This document shows, one piece after another, positions 37,713-46,103 of a stretch of DNA of 46,103 nt. The stretch is from Elusimicrobiota bacterium. GTDB lineage: Bacteria; Elusimicrobiota; Elusimicrobia; Elusimicrobiales; UBA9959. A program made the position numbers and the translations under genes. The first letter of the stretch is position 1, and each line of letters opens with the position of its first letter. A model generated the notes under the pieces. That model worked only from the letters and a program-made list of their open reading frames with translations. It had not been told where the DNA came from and made no database searches. The stretch is from contig DAIENX010000016.1 of assembly GCA_027340875.1 (NCBI GenBank), forward strand, positions 1-46,103. The letters are read 5' to 3'.

Positions 37713-39560
37713 ATGACCAGACTACTACTTTCGGCGGTTCTCGCGGCGCTGGCCGCTGCTCCCTCGTTCGCCCTTTCCGCCGCCGACGAGGCCACTATAA
37801 CGAAATGCGCCGATAACATAGATCCGGACAAGAAGCAGCTCTCTCCGGAGACGGCCGACAACTGCATCAAGGCCCTGAACGACGGGGAGCCTCCGCTGAT
37901 AACCAGATATTCGCACGTGGATTCGGAGGCCGCCGGTATATTGATAGCCCGCAACAACGCGCTGATAGACCTCAAGCGCATAGTGGTGAAGCAGGAGCGG
38001 TACCAGGGAGCCACGGCCCTCGCCCGCGTGATGGAGAAGCCGAACTGCACCCTCTGCGACATGGGCCTTGGGCCCAAGCCGGAGACCGCTTTCGACTGGG
38101 TAGGCAAGTACGCTTCCGACCGCCTGGAGGAAACCGAAAGCACCGTGCGCACCTGGGACGCGCTGGGGTCTATCCGCACCGGTTCGCTCGCCTCTCCGGA
38201 CTACAGCATGAACAAGGACGCCTGGAACGGCCAGAACATACTCGAACGTTATTCGAAGTTGTCCGACTGGGCCAGGAAGGAGACGGACAAGCTGGTGGCC
38301 ATCTCTGCGGACCCCGCCGCGGCCTCAAAGCTCAAGATGGACGACCTGGTCAAGGTGCTGAAGGAGGACCTGATCTTCGGTACCGACGCTCCCTACAGGG
38401 CCAAACTGGACGCGCTGTCCAAGACCGTCAAGGAGAGCGCAGGCAAGCCGATCGCCCCTACCACCGCCGACAAGAAGGGCAAGGACCTCAATACGGCCAG
38501 CGACAGGCTGGCCGCGCTGAGCCCGGACAATCACGGGGAATACCTGGCGCGGACCTTCGACAATTCCTCGGCCGCGCGGCCGGGCGCCTTTACCGAAGGG
38601 GCGGGCGGCAAGACCGCGGCCGGTACCGGCGGCGTGAAGCCGATAGCCCCGGTAGAAATGACGGCCGACCAGGAAAAGGCCCTCGCGGCGGCGATGATCA
38701 GCGTTGATAAGAAAGGCAACCCCACCGGCTACCTGGTCGACGTGATGAACGAGACGGAGGCGGGCAAGAGGACCGTGGCTTTCTACAAGGACCCTAAATA
38801 CGTCCCGGCCGGCAGCAACAAGCTGAACTTCGGCTTCAAGCGCGAGGAGGGCGTGTTCGGGTACTGGAACCCTTCCGAACGGAACATCGTGGTGAACAGC
38901 GAGGTGGCCGAGGAGTTCGCGGCCAAGCGCGGCATGACCGTGGAGCAGCTGATGAAGGATAAGGCCGGAATGCGCGACCTCGCGCTCTACATCTCCCCCA
39001 CGTTCGTGCACGAGGCCGAGCACCAGAACCAGACCGCCCGCGCGATAGCGGCCGGCATAGACTACGTGAAGTTCTCCAACGGCAACAGTACCGATCCGTA
39101 TACACGCGCCAAGGAGAACCTCTCCAACAAATGGTCCGCCGAGCACATGATAGAGTACTGCTCCAAGCACGGCGGCGCCGGCTGCTTCCGGAACTTCCAC
39201 GAGATGCACTCCGACAACGCCGAGAAGTTCATGCAGGGCGGCATGGCGGCCCTCGACACGCTCAAGGCCCCGCTGTATCCGCGCATCGACAGCATGGAGG
39301 GCGGCGCGGCGCGCGAATTCAAGAGCGCCCAGTTCTACGCTTCCGAACTGAAGCTGCTGCAGGAGAAGGCCCGCGTCAGGCCCGGAGAGATGACGCCGCA
39401 GGAGTTCAAAGACTTCTCGGACTATACCAAGCTGATGAACACCCGCTTCAAGTGGTACACGATGATGTACCGCGAGAGCGTGGACAACGAGGCAGAGGCG
39501 CTGGCCTTCCGTAAGAAGTACGGCAGCTCGGGGCTCGGACTGTCCGTGCCTGCGCTGTAA
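37713..39560 (+). CDS. Secreted hypothetical protein with HExxH motif (possible zinc metalloprotease)
   Basis: Signal peptide, AAGGA RBS, host-like codon usage, FVHEAEHQ. Confidence 0.7.
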   Translation: MTRLLLSAVLAALAAAPSFALSAADEATITKCADNIDPDKKQLSPETADNCIKALNDGEPPLITRYSHVDSEAAGILIARNNALIDLKRIVVKQERYQGATALARVMEKPNCTLCDMGLGPKPETAFDWVGKYASDRLEETESTVRTWDALGSIRTGSLASPDYSMNKDAWNGQNILERYSKLSDWARKETDKLVAISADPAAASKLKMDDLVKVLKEDLIFGTDAPYRAKLDALSKTVKESAGKPIAPTTADKKGKDLNTASDRLAALSPDNHGEYLARTFDNSSAARPGAFTEGAGGKTAAGTGGVKPIAPVEMTADQEKALAAAMISVDKKGNPTGYLVDVMNETEAGKRTVAFYKDPKYVPAGSNKLNFGFKREEGVFGYWNPSERNIVVNSEVAEEFAAKRGMTVEQLMKDKAGMRDLALYISPTFVHEAEHQNQTARAIAAGIDYVKFSNGNSTDPYTRAKENLSNKWSAEHMIEYCSKHGGAGCFRNFHEMHSDNAEKFMQGGMAALDTLKAPLYPRIDSMEGGAAREFKSAQFYASELKLLQEKARVRPGEMTPQEFKDFSDYTKLMNTRFKWYTMMYRESVDNEAEALAFRKKYGSSGLGLSVPAL

Positions 39561-39597
39561 AACTCCGAGATAGCTTCTATTGAGGAAGGTTCAGGCC

Positions 39598-40170
39598 ATG
39601 AGAAAGCATCTATTGTACGTTTCGCTGCTGCTCGCGGCGTGCCCGGCCCTGGCCGTGGCCCCGGCGGGACAGACATATACCGAGGGGAAGTACTTCACGT
39701 TCAAGGTGCCGGACGGCTGGGTGAAGAAAGAGGAAGGGCTCGGCCTTTCCGACTCGGAGAAGAAGGTTTTCGGCACGGACTTCTTCGGCCCGTATTCCGG
39801 AGAGCTGGGCGTCAGGCTGGGCGTTCACTATTACGCCCCGGGCAACCCGGTGCAGCCCACCGCCGAGAAGTTCATAAAGCTGCATGCCGCGCCGGCCATC
39901 GGCGTCAACCTGGACGGCAAGGTCTACGGCAAGGTCAAGGCGGGCAAGGCCGGCAACTACTACGCCAAGGTCTTCGAGCGCAAGACCTACGAGTACAAGC
40001 CGGAGAACGCGCTGCACCCGAAGAAGATACATATCTACGAGAAGTTCTACGTGGTGCCGGTGAAGAACGGCTTTTTCGTCCTGAACTACTACGCCCCGAT
40101 GGACCTGGCGCGGGCCAATCTGAAGTCGTTCGAGACGGCCGTCTCCTCGTTCAGGCCGCTGATGCGGTGA
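39598..40170 (+). CDS. Secreted hypothetical protein (possibly PsbP/Mog1-like fold)
   Basis: Signal peptide; YFTFKVPDGW at the start and FETAVSSFRP at the end are typical of this fold. Confidence 0.65.
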   Translation: MRKHLLYVSLLLAACPALAVAPAGQTYTEGKYFTFKVPDGWVKKEEGLGLSDSEKKVFGTDFFGPYSGELGVRLGVHYYAPGNPVQPTAEKFIKLHAAPAIGVNLDGKVYGKVKAGKAGNYYAKVFERKTYEYKPENALHPKKIHIYEKFYVVPVKNGFFVLNYYAPMDLARANLKSFETAVSSFRPLMR

Positions 40171-40191
40171 GCCCGAGCGCGGCCGTGCCAG

Positions 40192-40224
40192 GAAGGGCCC
40201 CGGGAGACCGGGGCCCTTCTTTTT
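40192..40224 (+). terminator. Rho-independent terminator
   Basis: GAAGGGCCCCGG-gaga-CCGGGGCCCTTC-TTTTT. Confidence 0.85.
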
Positions 40225-40247
40225 CCGCAGTGTAGTATAATCCTTGT

Positions 40248-41705
40248 ATGCCGATGAAGAACGACGCGCCGGAGCAGGGCTCGCTGAAGTCGCCGCAGGA
40301 GCCGGCGCTCCGGGCGCTTTACAGGAAGACCTTCGGGTTAGAGCCCGAGACGTTCGAGCCGCTCAGGGCCGACGCCTCGGCGCGCCGGCTTTTCCGCCTC
40401 GGCGACGGAAAAAGGACCGCCGTGGGCGTGTTCGGTCCGGACAAGGCGGAGAACCGCGCCTTCCTCTCTTTCTCCGGCCAGTTCCGCGCCGCCGGCCTGC
40501 CGGTGCCGGAGATCTACGCCGAGGACCAGGCCCAGGGCGTGTACCTGGAGGAGGACCTCGGCTCCACCACCCTGTTCGAGTATCTGACCGCCGAGCGCAA
40601 GGGTCCGGAACTGCCGCAGCAGGTCATGGCCGCCTACCTGAAGGTCCTGGACTGGCTGCCGAAGTTCCAGGCGCAGGTGAAGGCCGGCATGGACCTCAAG
40701 CACTGCTACCCGCGCGCCGCCTTCGACCGGCAGTCGGTGATGTGGGACCTGAACTACTTCAAGTACTATTTCCTGAAGCTGGCGAAGATCCCGTTCAACG
40801 AGGACAGGCTCGAGGCCGATTTCTCCCGCTTCGCCGACCTGCTGCTCGAGGCCCCGTCGGATCATTTCCTCTACCGCGACTTCCAGTCCCGCAACATCAT
40901 GCTGAGGGGCGGAGAGCCCTGGTTCATCGACTACCAGGGCGGCCGCCGCGGCGCCGCGCAGTACGACCTGGCCTCGCTGCTCTACGACGCCAAGGCCGAC
41001 CTGCAGCCGGAGGAGAGGGACGCGCTGTGCCGGGCCTACCTGAAGTCCTCGGGACAGAGCGCCGACGGGTTCATGCGCTACTATTACGCTTTCGTCTATG
41101 TGCGCATCATGCAGGCCATGGGCGCCTACGGTCTGCGCGGCTTCTACGAGCGGAAGACCCATTTCCTCGCCAGCGTGCCTTACGCGGTGCGCAACATAGA
41201 GTGGCTGCTGCGCAACGCCGAGCTGCCGGTGAAGCTGCCGGAGCTGACGGCCTGCTTCAAGCGCATAGCCGCCTCCTCCTACCTGCGCCAGTTCGGCAAG
41301 TCCAGGCTGGGCCTGACCGTGCGCGTGATGAGCTTCTCGTTCAAGAACGGCGTGCCGCTCGACGACCGCGGCCACGGCGGCGGCTTCGTGTTCGACTGCC
41401 GCGCGCTCCCGAACCCAGGCCGCTACGAGCGGTACGCCCAGCTGACCGGCAGGGACAAGCCGGTGTCCGATTTCCTCAAAGGGGAGCAGGAAGTGGAACG
41501 CTTCCTGCAGGGCGTCTTCGCTATAACCGGCCAGAGCGTGGAGAACTACCTCACCCGCAACTTCACCTCCCTGTCCGTGGCCTTCGGCTGCACCGGCGGG
41601 CAGCACCGCTCGGTCTACTGCGCCGAGGCGCTGGCCGCCCACCTGAGGAAGAAGTACGGCGCGCGGGTGGAACTGACCCACCGCGAGCTGGGGCCGGCGA
41701 AATGA
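40248..41705 (+). CDS. AmgK-like APH-fold sugar kinase fused to a RapZ C-terminal-like domain
   Basis: ADASARRLFR, EEDLG, YRDFQSRNIM, IDYQG; C-terminal SFSFK...FDCRALPNP...FGCTGGQHRSV. Confidence 0.88.
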   Translation: MPMKNDAPEQGSLKSPQEPALRALYRKTFGLEPETFEPLRADASARRLFRLGDGKRTAVGVFGPDKAENRAFLSFSGQFRAAGLPVPEIYAEDQAQGVYLEEDLGSTTLFEYLTAERKGPELPQQVMAAYLKVLDWLPKFQAQVKAGMDLKHCYPRAAFDRQSVMWDLNYFKYYFLKLAKIPFNEDRLEADFSRFADLLLEAPSDHFLYRDFQSRNIMLRGGEPWFIDYQGGRRGAAQYDLASLLYDAKADLQPEERDALCRAYLKSSGQSADGFMRYYYAFVYVRIMQAMGAYGLRGFYERKTHFLASVPYAVRNIEWLLRNAELPVKLPELTACFKRIAASSYLRQFGKSRLGLTVRVMSFSFKNGVPLDDRGHGGGFVFDCRALPNPGRYERYAQLTGRDKPVSDFLKGEQEVERFLQGVFAITGQSVENYLTRNFTSLSVAFGCTGGQHRSVYCAEALAAHLRKKYGARVELTHRELGPAK

Positions 41706-42421
41706 AGGCGATGGTCTTCGCGGCCGGCCTGGGCACCAGGCTGCGCCCGCTCACCGACACCCTCCCCAAAGCCCTCGTCGACGTGAACGGCCGCCCCATG
41801 CTCTGGCATGTGCTAGGGCGGCTGGCCGAAGCCGGGATCACCGAGGCAGTGATCAACACGCATCATTTCCACGAGAAGATCGCGGAGTTCCTCGCGGCCG
41901 GCGGCTCGCGCGGCCTCAGGGTAACGCTTTCCCGCGAGGAGGAGTTCCCGCTGGAGACCGGCGGCGGGCTGAAGAAGGCCGTCGCGTTCCTTTCGGGCGG
42001 CGGGCCCTTCCTGGCCTGCAACGCGGACGTCTGGAGCGAGCTGGACCTGAAGGCGCTGCTGGCGGCGCACGCCGCCTCCGGCGCTCTGGCCACGCTGGCC
42101 GTGCGGGACAGGCCCTCGAAGCGCCGGCTGCTGTTCGACGGCGGCCTGGCCCTGAAGGGCCGGGAGGGGGAGACCGGCGCCGCCGGCCTCCGTCCGCTGG
42201 CCTTCAGCGGCATCCAGGCGCTCTCCCCGGAGATCTTCGGCAGGATGACGGAGGAGGGCGTCTTCTCCATCGCCTCGGTCTACCTGCGGATGGCCGCTGC
42301 CGGAGAGAGGATAAACGGCTTCCTGGACGAGTCGCCGTTCTGGAGCGATATCGGCGACCTGGAACGTCTGGAGAGCGTGCGCCTGCGCGCCTCGTTGATA
42401 TCCGTCAATAAAAATATATAA
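41702..42421 (+). CDS. MurU-like sugar-1-phosphate nucleotidyltransferase
   Basis: MKAMVFAAGLGTRLRPLTDTLPKAL, LETGGGL, WSDIG; ATG overlaps the upstream stop. Confidence 0.9.
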   Translation: MKAMVFAAGLGTRLRPLTDTLPKALVDVNGRPMLWHVLGRLAEAGITEAVINTHHFHEKIAEFLAAGGSRGLRVTLSREEEFPLETGGGLKKAVAFLSGGGPFLACNADVWSELDLKALLAAHAASGALATLAVRDRPSKRRLLFDGGLALKGREGETGAAGLRPLAFSGIQALSPEIFGRMTEEGVFSIASVYLRMAAAGERINGFLDESPFWSDIGDLERLESVRLRASLISVNKNI

Positions 42422-42430
42422 TACGCTGGT

Positions 42431-43465
42431 ATGACATCATTGCTGACCGCGGTGCTGTTGGCGGCCTCTCCCGCCTTTTCGGCTCCCCAGCCTTCCTCCT
42501 GTTTCGATACGGCCGCGCCTTGCGCGGCCTCCGTTCCCGCGCTCTCCGCGCCGACCCTGCCGGAGCCGAAAGCCGCCGGCAGGCCGGTGGTCATATCCAT
42601 CGTCGGCATAGACTTCACGGAGCTCGGCTTCGGCAAGCTCGAGCTATCCTACCTGAAGAAGCTGCTCCATTTCTTCAAGCCCGGGGCCAGGCTGGACGAG
42701 TCCGAGTTCCAGTCCCGCATCTCCAGCGTCGGACAGGACCTGGAGATGGCGGAGTACTACAAGGACGCCGCCGCGGCGCAGGCCGGCAGGTACCCCGACA
42801 ACTACCTGGATTCCCGGCTGGCGGATGTGCTGCCTGCGGACAAGTACGAGATAGTCCCGGTGCGCTGGTCCCGCGATCCCGACGAGAGCGAACAGGCACT
42901 GCCGCTGGTGGAGGCCGAGATCAGGAGCACCTTCGCCAAGGCCAGCTCGGAGGGCCGCCCCGTCTACCTGGTGGCCCACAGCTGGGGGACGATGCTCGCC
43001 CATACCGCGCTGAACCGCATGGCCGTCTCCGACCCGCAGGTGCGCATAGACAAGCTGATCACGCTGGGCTCGCCGCTGGTACCGTCCACCTGGTGGATGA
43101 AGATCTTCACCGACCACGAGGTGGGCATCGGCCACCTGCAGAGCTTCGTCTCCAAGCCCGCCAACGTCGGCTACTGGGTCAACCTCTGGGCCGGCAACGA
43201 CTATTTCTCCAACGAGATAAAGGCCGCTGACGCAAATATTCGCGAGGACGGCTTCACCGAGGACCTCGTCAAAAGGGTAAAGGCCGCTGCGCAGCAGGAC
43301 CATTCCCTGCAGGAAAAGGCGCTGCGCGACCTGTTCTTCCTCAAAAGCCTGAAAAGCTGGCATTTCGCCTATATCTTCGATTATCAGGTGTACCTGAAGA
43401 CTTTGAAGGAAGGCCACGACAAGGTGATTTTCGCCCCTGTCATCTCGGAGGAGCTGGGCAAGTAG
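42431..43465 (+). CDS. Exported alpha/beta-hydrolase-like protein
   Basis: VYLVAHSWG nucleophile elbow, LITLGSP; signal peptide. Confidence 0.75.
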   Translation: MTSLLTAVLLAASPAFSAPQPSSCFDTAAPCAASVPALSAPTLPEPKAAGRPVVISIVGIDFTELGFGKLELSYLKKLLHFFKPGARLDESEFQSRISSVGQDLEMAEYYKDAAAAQAGRYPDNYLDSRLADVLPADKYEIVPVRWSRDPDESEQALPLVEAEIRSTFAKASSEGRPVYLVAHSWGTMLAHTALNRMAVSDPQVRIDKLITLGSPLVPSTWWMKIFTDHEVGIGHLQSFVSKPANVGYWVNLWAGNDYFSNEIKAADANIREDGFTEDLVKRVKAAAQQDHSLQEKALRDLFFLKSLKSWHFAYIFDYQVYLKTLKEGHDKVIFAPVISEELGK

Positions 43466-43470
43466 GCCGT

Positions 43471-43938
43471 ATGATAGTCGCGCACCTGAAGCACGCCGAC
43501 AGGCAGTCTCCGGGGGCCGCCGGGCTCTCGAAGGCCTTCGCCTTCCTGCGGCGGCCGGACCTGGCGGGGCTGGGGGACGGCCGGTACCCTATCGAAGGCG
43601 ACAGGGTGTACGCGCTGGTGCAGCGCTATGCTACCGCCGGTCAGGGCGCCGAGCCGCGCTTCGAGGCGCACCGCGATTTCATAGACGTGCAGTACGTCCT
43701 CTCCGGCTCGGAAGTGATAGGCTGGGCGCCGCTTTCCGCCGTGGAGGTGTCCGAGCCGTACGACGCCGAGAAGGACGTCTGCTTCGGCCGGGCGCGCGGC
43801 TGGACTCCGGTCAGGCTGGGTCCCGGCGAACTGGCGGTGCTCTACCCCGAGGACGCCCACGCCCCGCGGCTGGCCGACGGAGCTCCGGGGCCCGTGGCGA
43901 AAGTGGTGGTCAAGGTCAGCGTGGCGGACGGCATATGA
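43471..43938 (+). CDS. YhcH/YjgK/YiaL family protein
   Basis: FEAHRDFIDVQY...G.E, YDAEKD, YPEDAHAP, KVVVKV. Confidence 0.9.
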   Translation: MIVAHLKHADRQSPGAAGLSKAFAFLRRPDLAGLGDGRYPIEGDRVYALVQRYATAGQGAEPRFEAHRDFIDVQYVLSGSEVIGWAPLSAVEVSEPYDAEKDVCFGRARGWTPVRLGPGELAVLYPEDAHAPRLADGAPGPVAKVVVKVSVADGI

Positions 43939-44318
43939 CTTTCAAAGAACTGGTGCGGTCGGCTATCTGCGGCGAGATGGAGGACATCTCGGCCTGCGTT
44001 ACGGACGGGGAGGCCTTCCCCGCGGCGGCCGCCTTCTACGGCGGTCTTGCCGACGAGAAACGGGAGCGCCTCAAGGAGCTCGGGCGCATCTTCCGGGAGG
44101 GCACCGGCTTCCGCCAGCGCCGCATAGAGGCTTCCAGGTCGCTGGAGGCCTCGCTGCGCGCGCGCGCGGCCAGGGCGTCCGAGGCGGCCTCGGTCTACGC
44201 CGCGCTGGTCAGGCAGATGAACAAGCCGGAATATAAAGAGGCGCTGAAGGCTTTCGGGGACAGGGAGCTGATAATACTGGGCGAGGTGCGGGCTTTCCAG
44301 GCGGGGCTGAAAAAATAG
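43935..44318 (+). CDS. Hypothetical helical protein, possibly ferritin/rubrerythrin-like
   Basis: Overlaps the upstream stop; AICGE...LADEK...YAAL pattern is only weakly ferritin-like. Confidence 0.55.
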   Translation: MTFKELVRSAICGEMEDISACVTDGEAFPAAAAFYGGLADEKRERLKELGRIFREGTGFRQRRIEASRSLEASLRARAARASEAASVYAALVRQMNKPEYKEALKAFGDRELIILGEVRAFQAGLKK

Positions 44319-44344
44319 GCAGGGCGAGCCCCGCGGCAGGCCGG

Positions 44345-46060
44345 TCAGCGCGACCGGCCTTTTTTTATTTCCTCCGTCCTGGCCAGGTTGTCCGCCGCGC
44401 TCCGCAGGCCGGGGTCTATGCCGAGGGCTTTCCTGAAAAGCTTTTCCGCCCCGTCGAGGTCCCCGCGGCCCGCCAGCAGTACGCCGTAGTCGTTGAGGGC
44501 CTCGGTGTCGGCCGGGTCGTCCGCCAGGACGCGCCGGTAAAGCCCCTCGGCCTCTTCCGCGCGGCCCATCGCCGCCTCCGAGCGGGCCAGCACCAGCAGC
44601 GCCGGCGCGTAGCCGGGATGCAGGCGGAGCAGGTCCATCAGGGCCGCGGCCGCTTCCTTGTCCCGGCCGGAGCCGCGCAGCACCGAGTAGCGGTTGAACA
44701 GGGCCTCTTCGTCACCGGGCTTAAGCGCCAGCTCCGCGTCCAGCGCCTTCAGCGCTCCCGCCTCGTCGCCGTCCTTCCAGCGCGCCAGCGCCAGCCCGCC
44801 CAGGTAGGACGGCTCGCCCGGCGCCTCGGCGGCTATGCGCTCCAGCAGCAGCCTGCTCTTCTGGAAGCGCCCCCTCAGGTAATACTCGCGCGCCAGGTTG
44901 TAGAGCATCGGCTTCGAAGTGGAGGTCAGCGCCGCGTTCTCGTAGATCTTCAGGTCGGTGCCGCGCTTCGGGATATTGAGCGCGGAGGCCAGCGCGAAGA
45001 CCGCGGCGGCCGCGGCCAGGGCGCGCCGGCCGGCAGCTTTTTGCGCCAGCTTGTCCGAGGCCCAGAGGAACAGCCCGGCGTTGGACAGGTAGACCCAGTG
45101 GTCCAGCATCAGGTCGTTGGCGGCCAGCAGCGGGAACTTCGGGGCCAGGTTCAGCAGGTACCAGCCGGCGCACAGAACGGAGGCGCGGCTTCCCTTCTTC
45201 AGGATCAGCAGCGCGGCGGCGGCCAGCGCCGGCAGGGCCGTCCAGTTGAGCGCGGCCAGCTGCGGCTGCATGCGGTGAGAGTGCATGTCGAAAGGCAGCG
45301 CCGCCTCCTTCAGGTAGACCAGCAGCGCCTGGGGCACCTTCAGGAACAGTCCCGCCGCCACCGGGCCGGCGCCGCGCGAGAACAGGCCCATGCCGAGCGC
45401 TTCGTGGCGCAGCAGCAGGTAGACCGGGACGAAGGCCAGGAAAGGGATCAGCTTGCGGTACTCGGCGCGCGGCCGGCGCAGGTACCACAGGCAGAGGGCG
45501 GCCAGCGCGGGGGTTATCACGCCGTTCTCCTTGAAGCCGCAGGCGGCCAGGAAAAGCAGGAAGGACCAGGCGGCGCGGCCGCGCAGGAACAGCGGCAGCG
45601 AGGCGGCCATGCAGGCCCCCGAGGCCAGCTCCGCGCGCCCGGCTATGACGAGCATCTGCTCCACGGCCGCGGGGTGCGCCGCCAGCAGTACAGCCGCCCA
45701 GAGGGAGGCGCCCCTGCCGAAGCCCAGCTGTAGCGCCAGGAAGAAGAACAGCACGGCCGCCGCGGCGTGGAAGGCGAAATTGGTCAGGTGATAGCCGAAC
45801 GGCCTCAGCCCCCACAGCGAGAAATCGGCCATGTTGCTGACGGTCTGCAGCGGCCTGTAATAGTTGAGCCCCTGATCGAAGGGGTCGCCCCTGAAAGCGC
45901 GGGCCAGGTTGGCGGCGCTCATTGAGATATGCGGGTTACCCTCTATCATGCGGTGGTCGTCCCACAGGAAGCCCACCCGCAGGGTCAGGCCGAAGGCCAG
46001 CAGCGCCGCGAGCAGGATGCCCGCCGCGGCCGCGGATCTTTTGCCGGGGTCGTTCAGCAC
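44345..46060 (-). CDS. TMTC-like GT-C membrane glycosyltransferase with C-terminal TPRs
   Basis: FLWDD, YYRPL, GYHLTN, HPAAVE...GRAEL, FKE motifs; many TM helices; TPR tail. Confidence 0.85.
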   Translation of the reverse strand: MLNDPGKRSAAAAGILLAALLAFGLTLRVGFLWDDHRMIEGNPHISMSAANLARAFRGDPFDQGLNYYRPLQTVSNMADFSLWGLRPFGYHLTNFAFHAAAAVLFFFLALQLGFGRGASLWAAVLLAAHPAAVEQMLVIAGRAELASGACMAASLPLFLRGRAAWSFLLFLAACGFKENGVITPALAALCLWYLRRPRAEYRKLIPFLAFVPVYLLLRHEALGMGLFSRGAGPVAAGLFLKVPQALLVYLKEAALPFDMHSHRMQPQLAALNWTALPALAAAALLILKKGSRASVLCAGWYLLNLAPKFPLLAANDLMLDHWVYLSNAGLFLWASDKLAQKAAGRRALAAAAAVFALASALNIPKRGTDLKIYENAALTSTSKPMLYNLAREYYLRGRFQKSRLLLERIAAEAPGEPSYLGGLALARWKDGDEAGALKALDAELALKPGDEEALFNRYSVLRGSGRDKEAAAALMDLLRLHPGYAPALLVLARSEAAMGRAEEAEGLYRRVLADDPADTEALNDYGVLLAGRGDLDGAEKLFRKALGIDPGLRSAADNLARTEEIKKGRSR

Positions 46061-46103
46061 GAGGAGATTATAGCAAGTAATCCGGGCGCTGCCGCCCCGG
46101 AAA

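Noticed and set aside
40244..41701. 725-aa ORF apparently giving the nucleotidyltransferase a long N-terminal extension
   Set aside because: The extension is an off-frame overlap of the kinase gene; the real start is ATG 41702.
44345..46060. Link between the TMTC-like glycosyltransferase or the clostripain and nanowire glycosylation or processing
   Set aside because: Both lie outside the island, I saw no island promoter motif upstream of either, and such genes are common; no sequence evidence for a link.

Overview
GC-rich bacterial window. The lineage is not determinable from sequence alone; the flanking secreted hypotheticals are loosely suggestive of Elusimicrobiota. Positions 1-30023 form a self-contained multiheme-cytochrome / extracellular electron transfer island. 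Its regulators are a divergent sigma-54-like factor, a CxxCH heme-bearing sensor kinase and an NtrC-type activator. It encodes eight multiheme cytochromes; these plus the kinase carry 64 canonical CxxCH motifs by manual count. Five have an OmcE-type (Geobacter nanowire subunit) domain: two tetraheme, one degenerate triheme and two 11-heme extended fusions. The island also holds four NHL beta-propellers each placed directly before an OmcE-type gene, two putative outer-membrane beta-barrels, hemA with a HemX/CcsA-like gene, ResB/CcsA maturation genes and a B12-dependent radical SAM enzyme. A non-canonical -24/-12-like motif, TGGCAG-N4-GCTGC, precedes four transcription units. A duplicated gene 3' end (10730-10838 and 18158-18266) marks a probable insertion/duplication of one module. 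Positions 30154-46060 are ordinary chromosome: clostripain-like protease, guaA, a structured inverted-repeat element, guaB, response regulator, scpB, serine hydrolase, secreted hypotheticals, AmgK-RapZ/MurU-like pair, YhcH and a TMTC-like glycosyltransferase. No rRNA, tRNA, CRISPR array or transposase was recognised.
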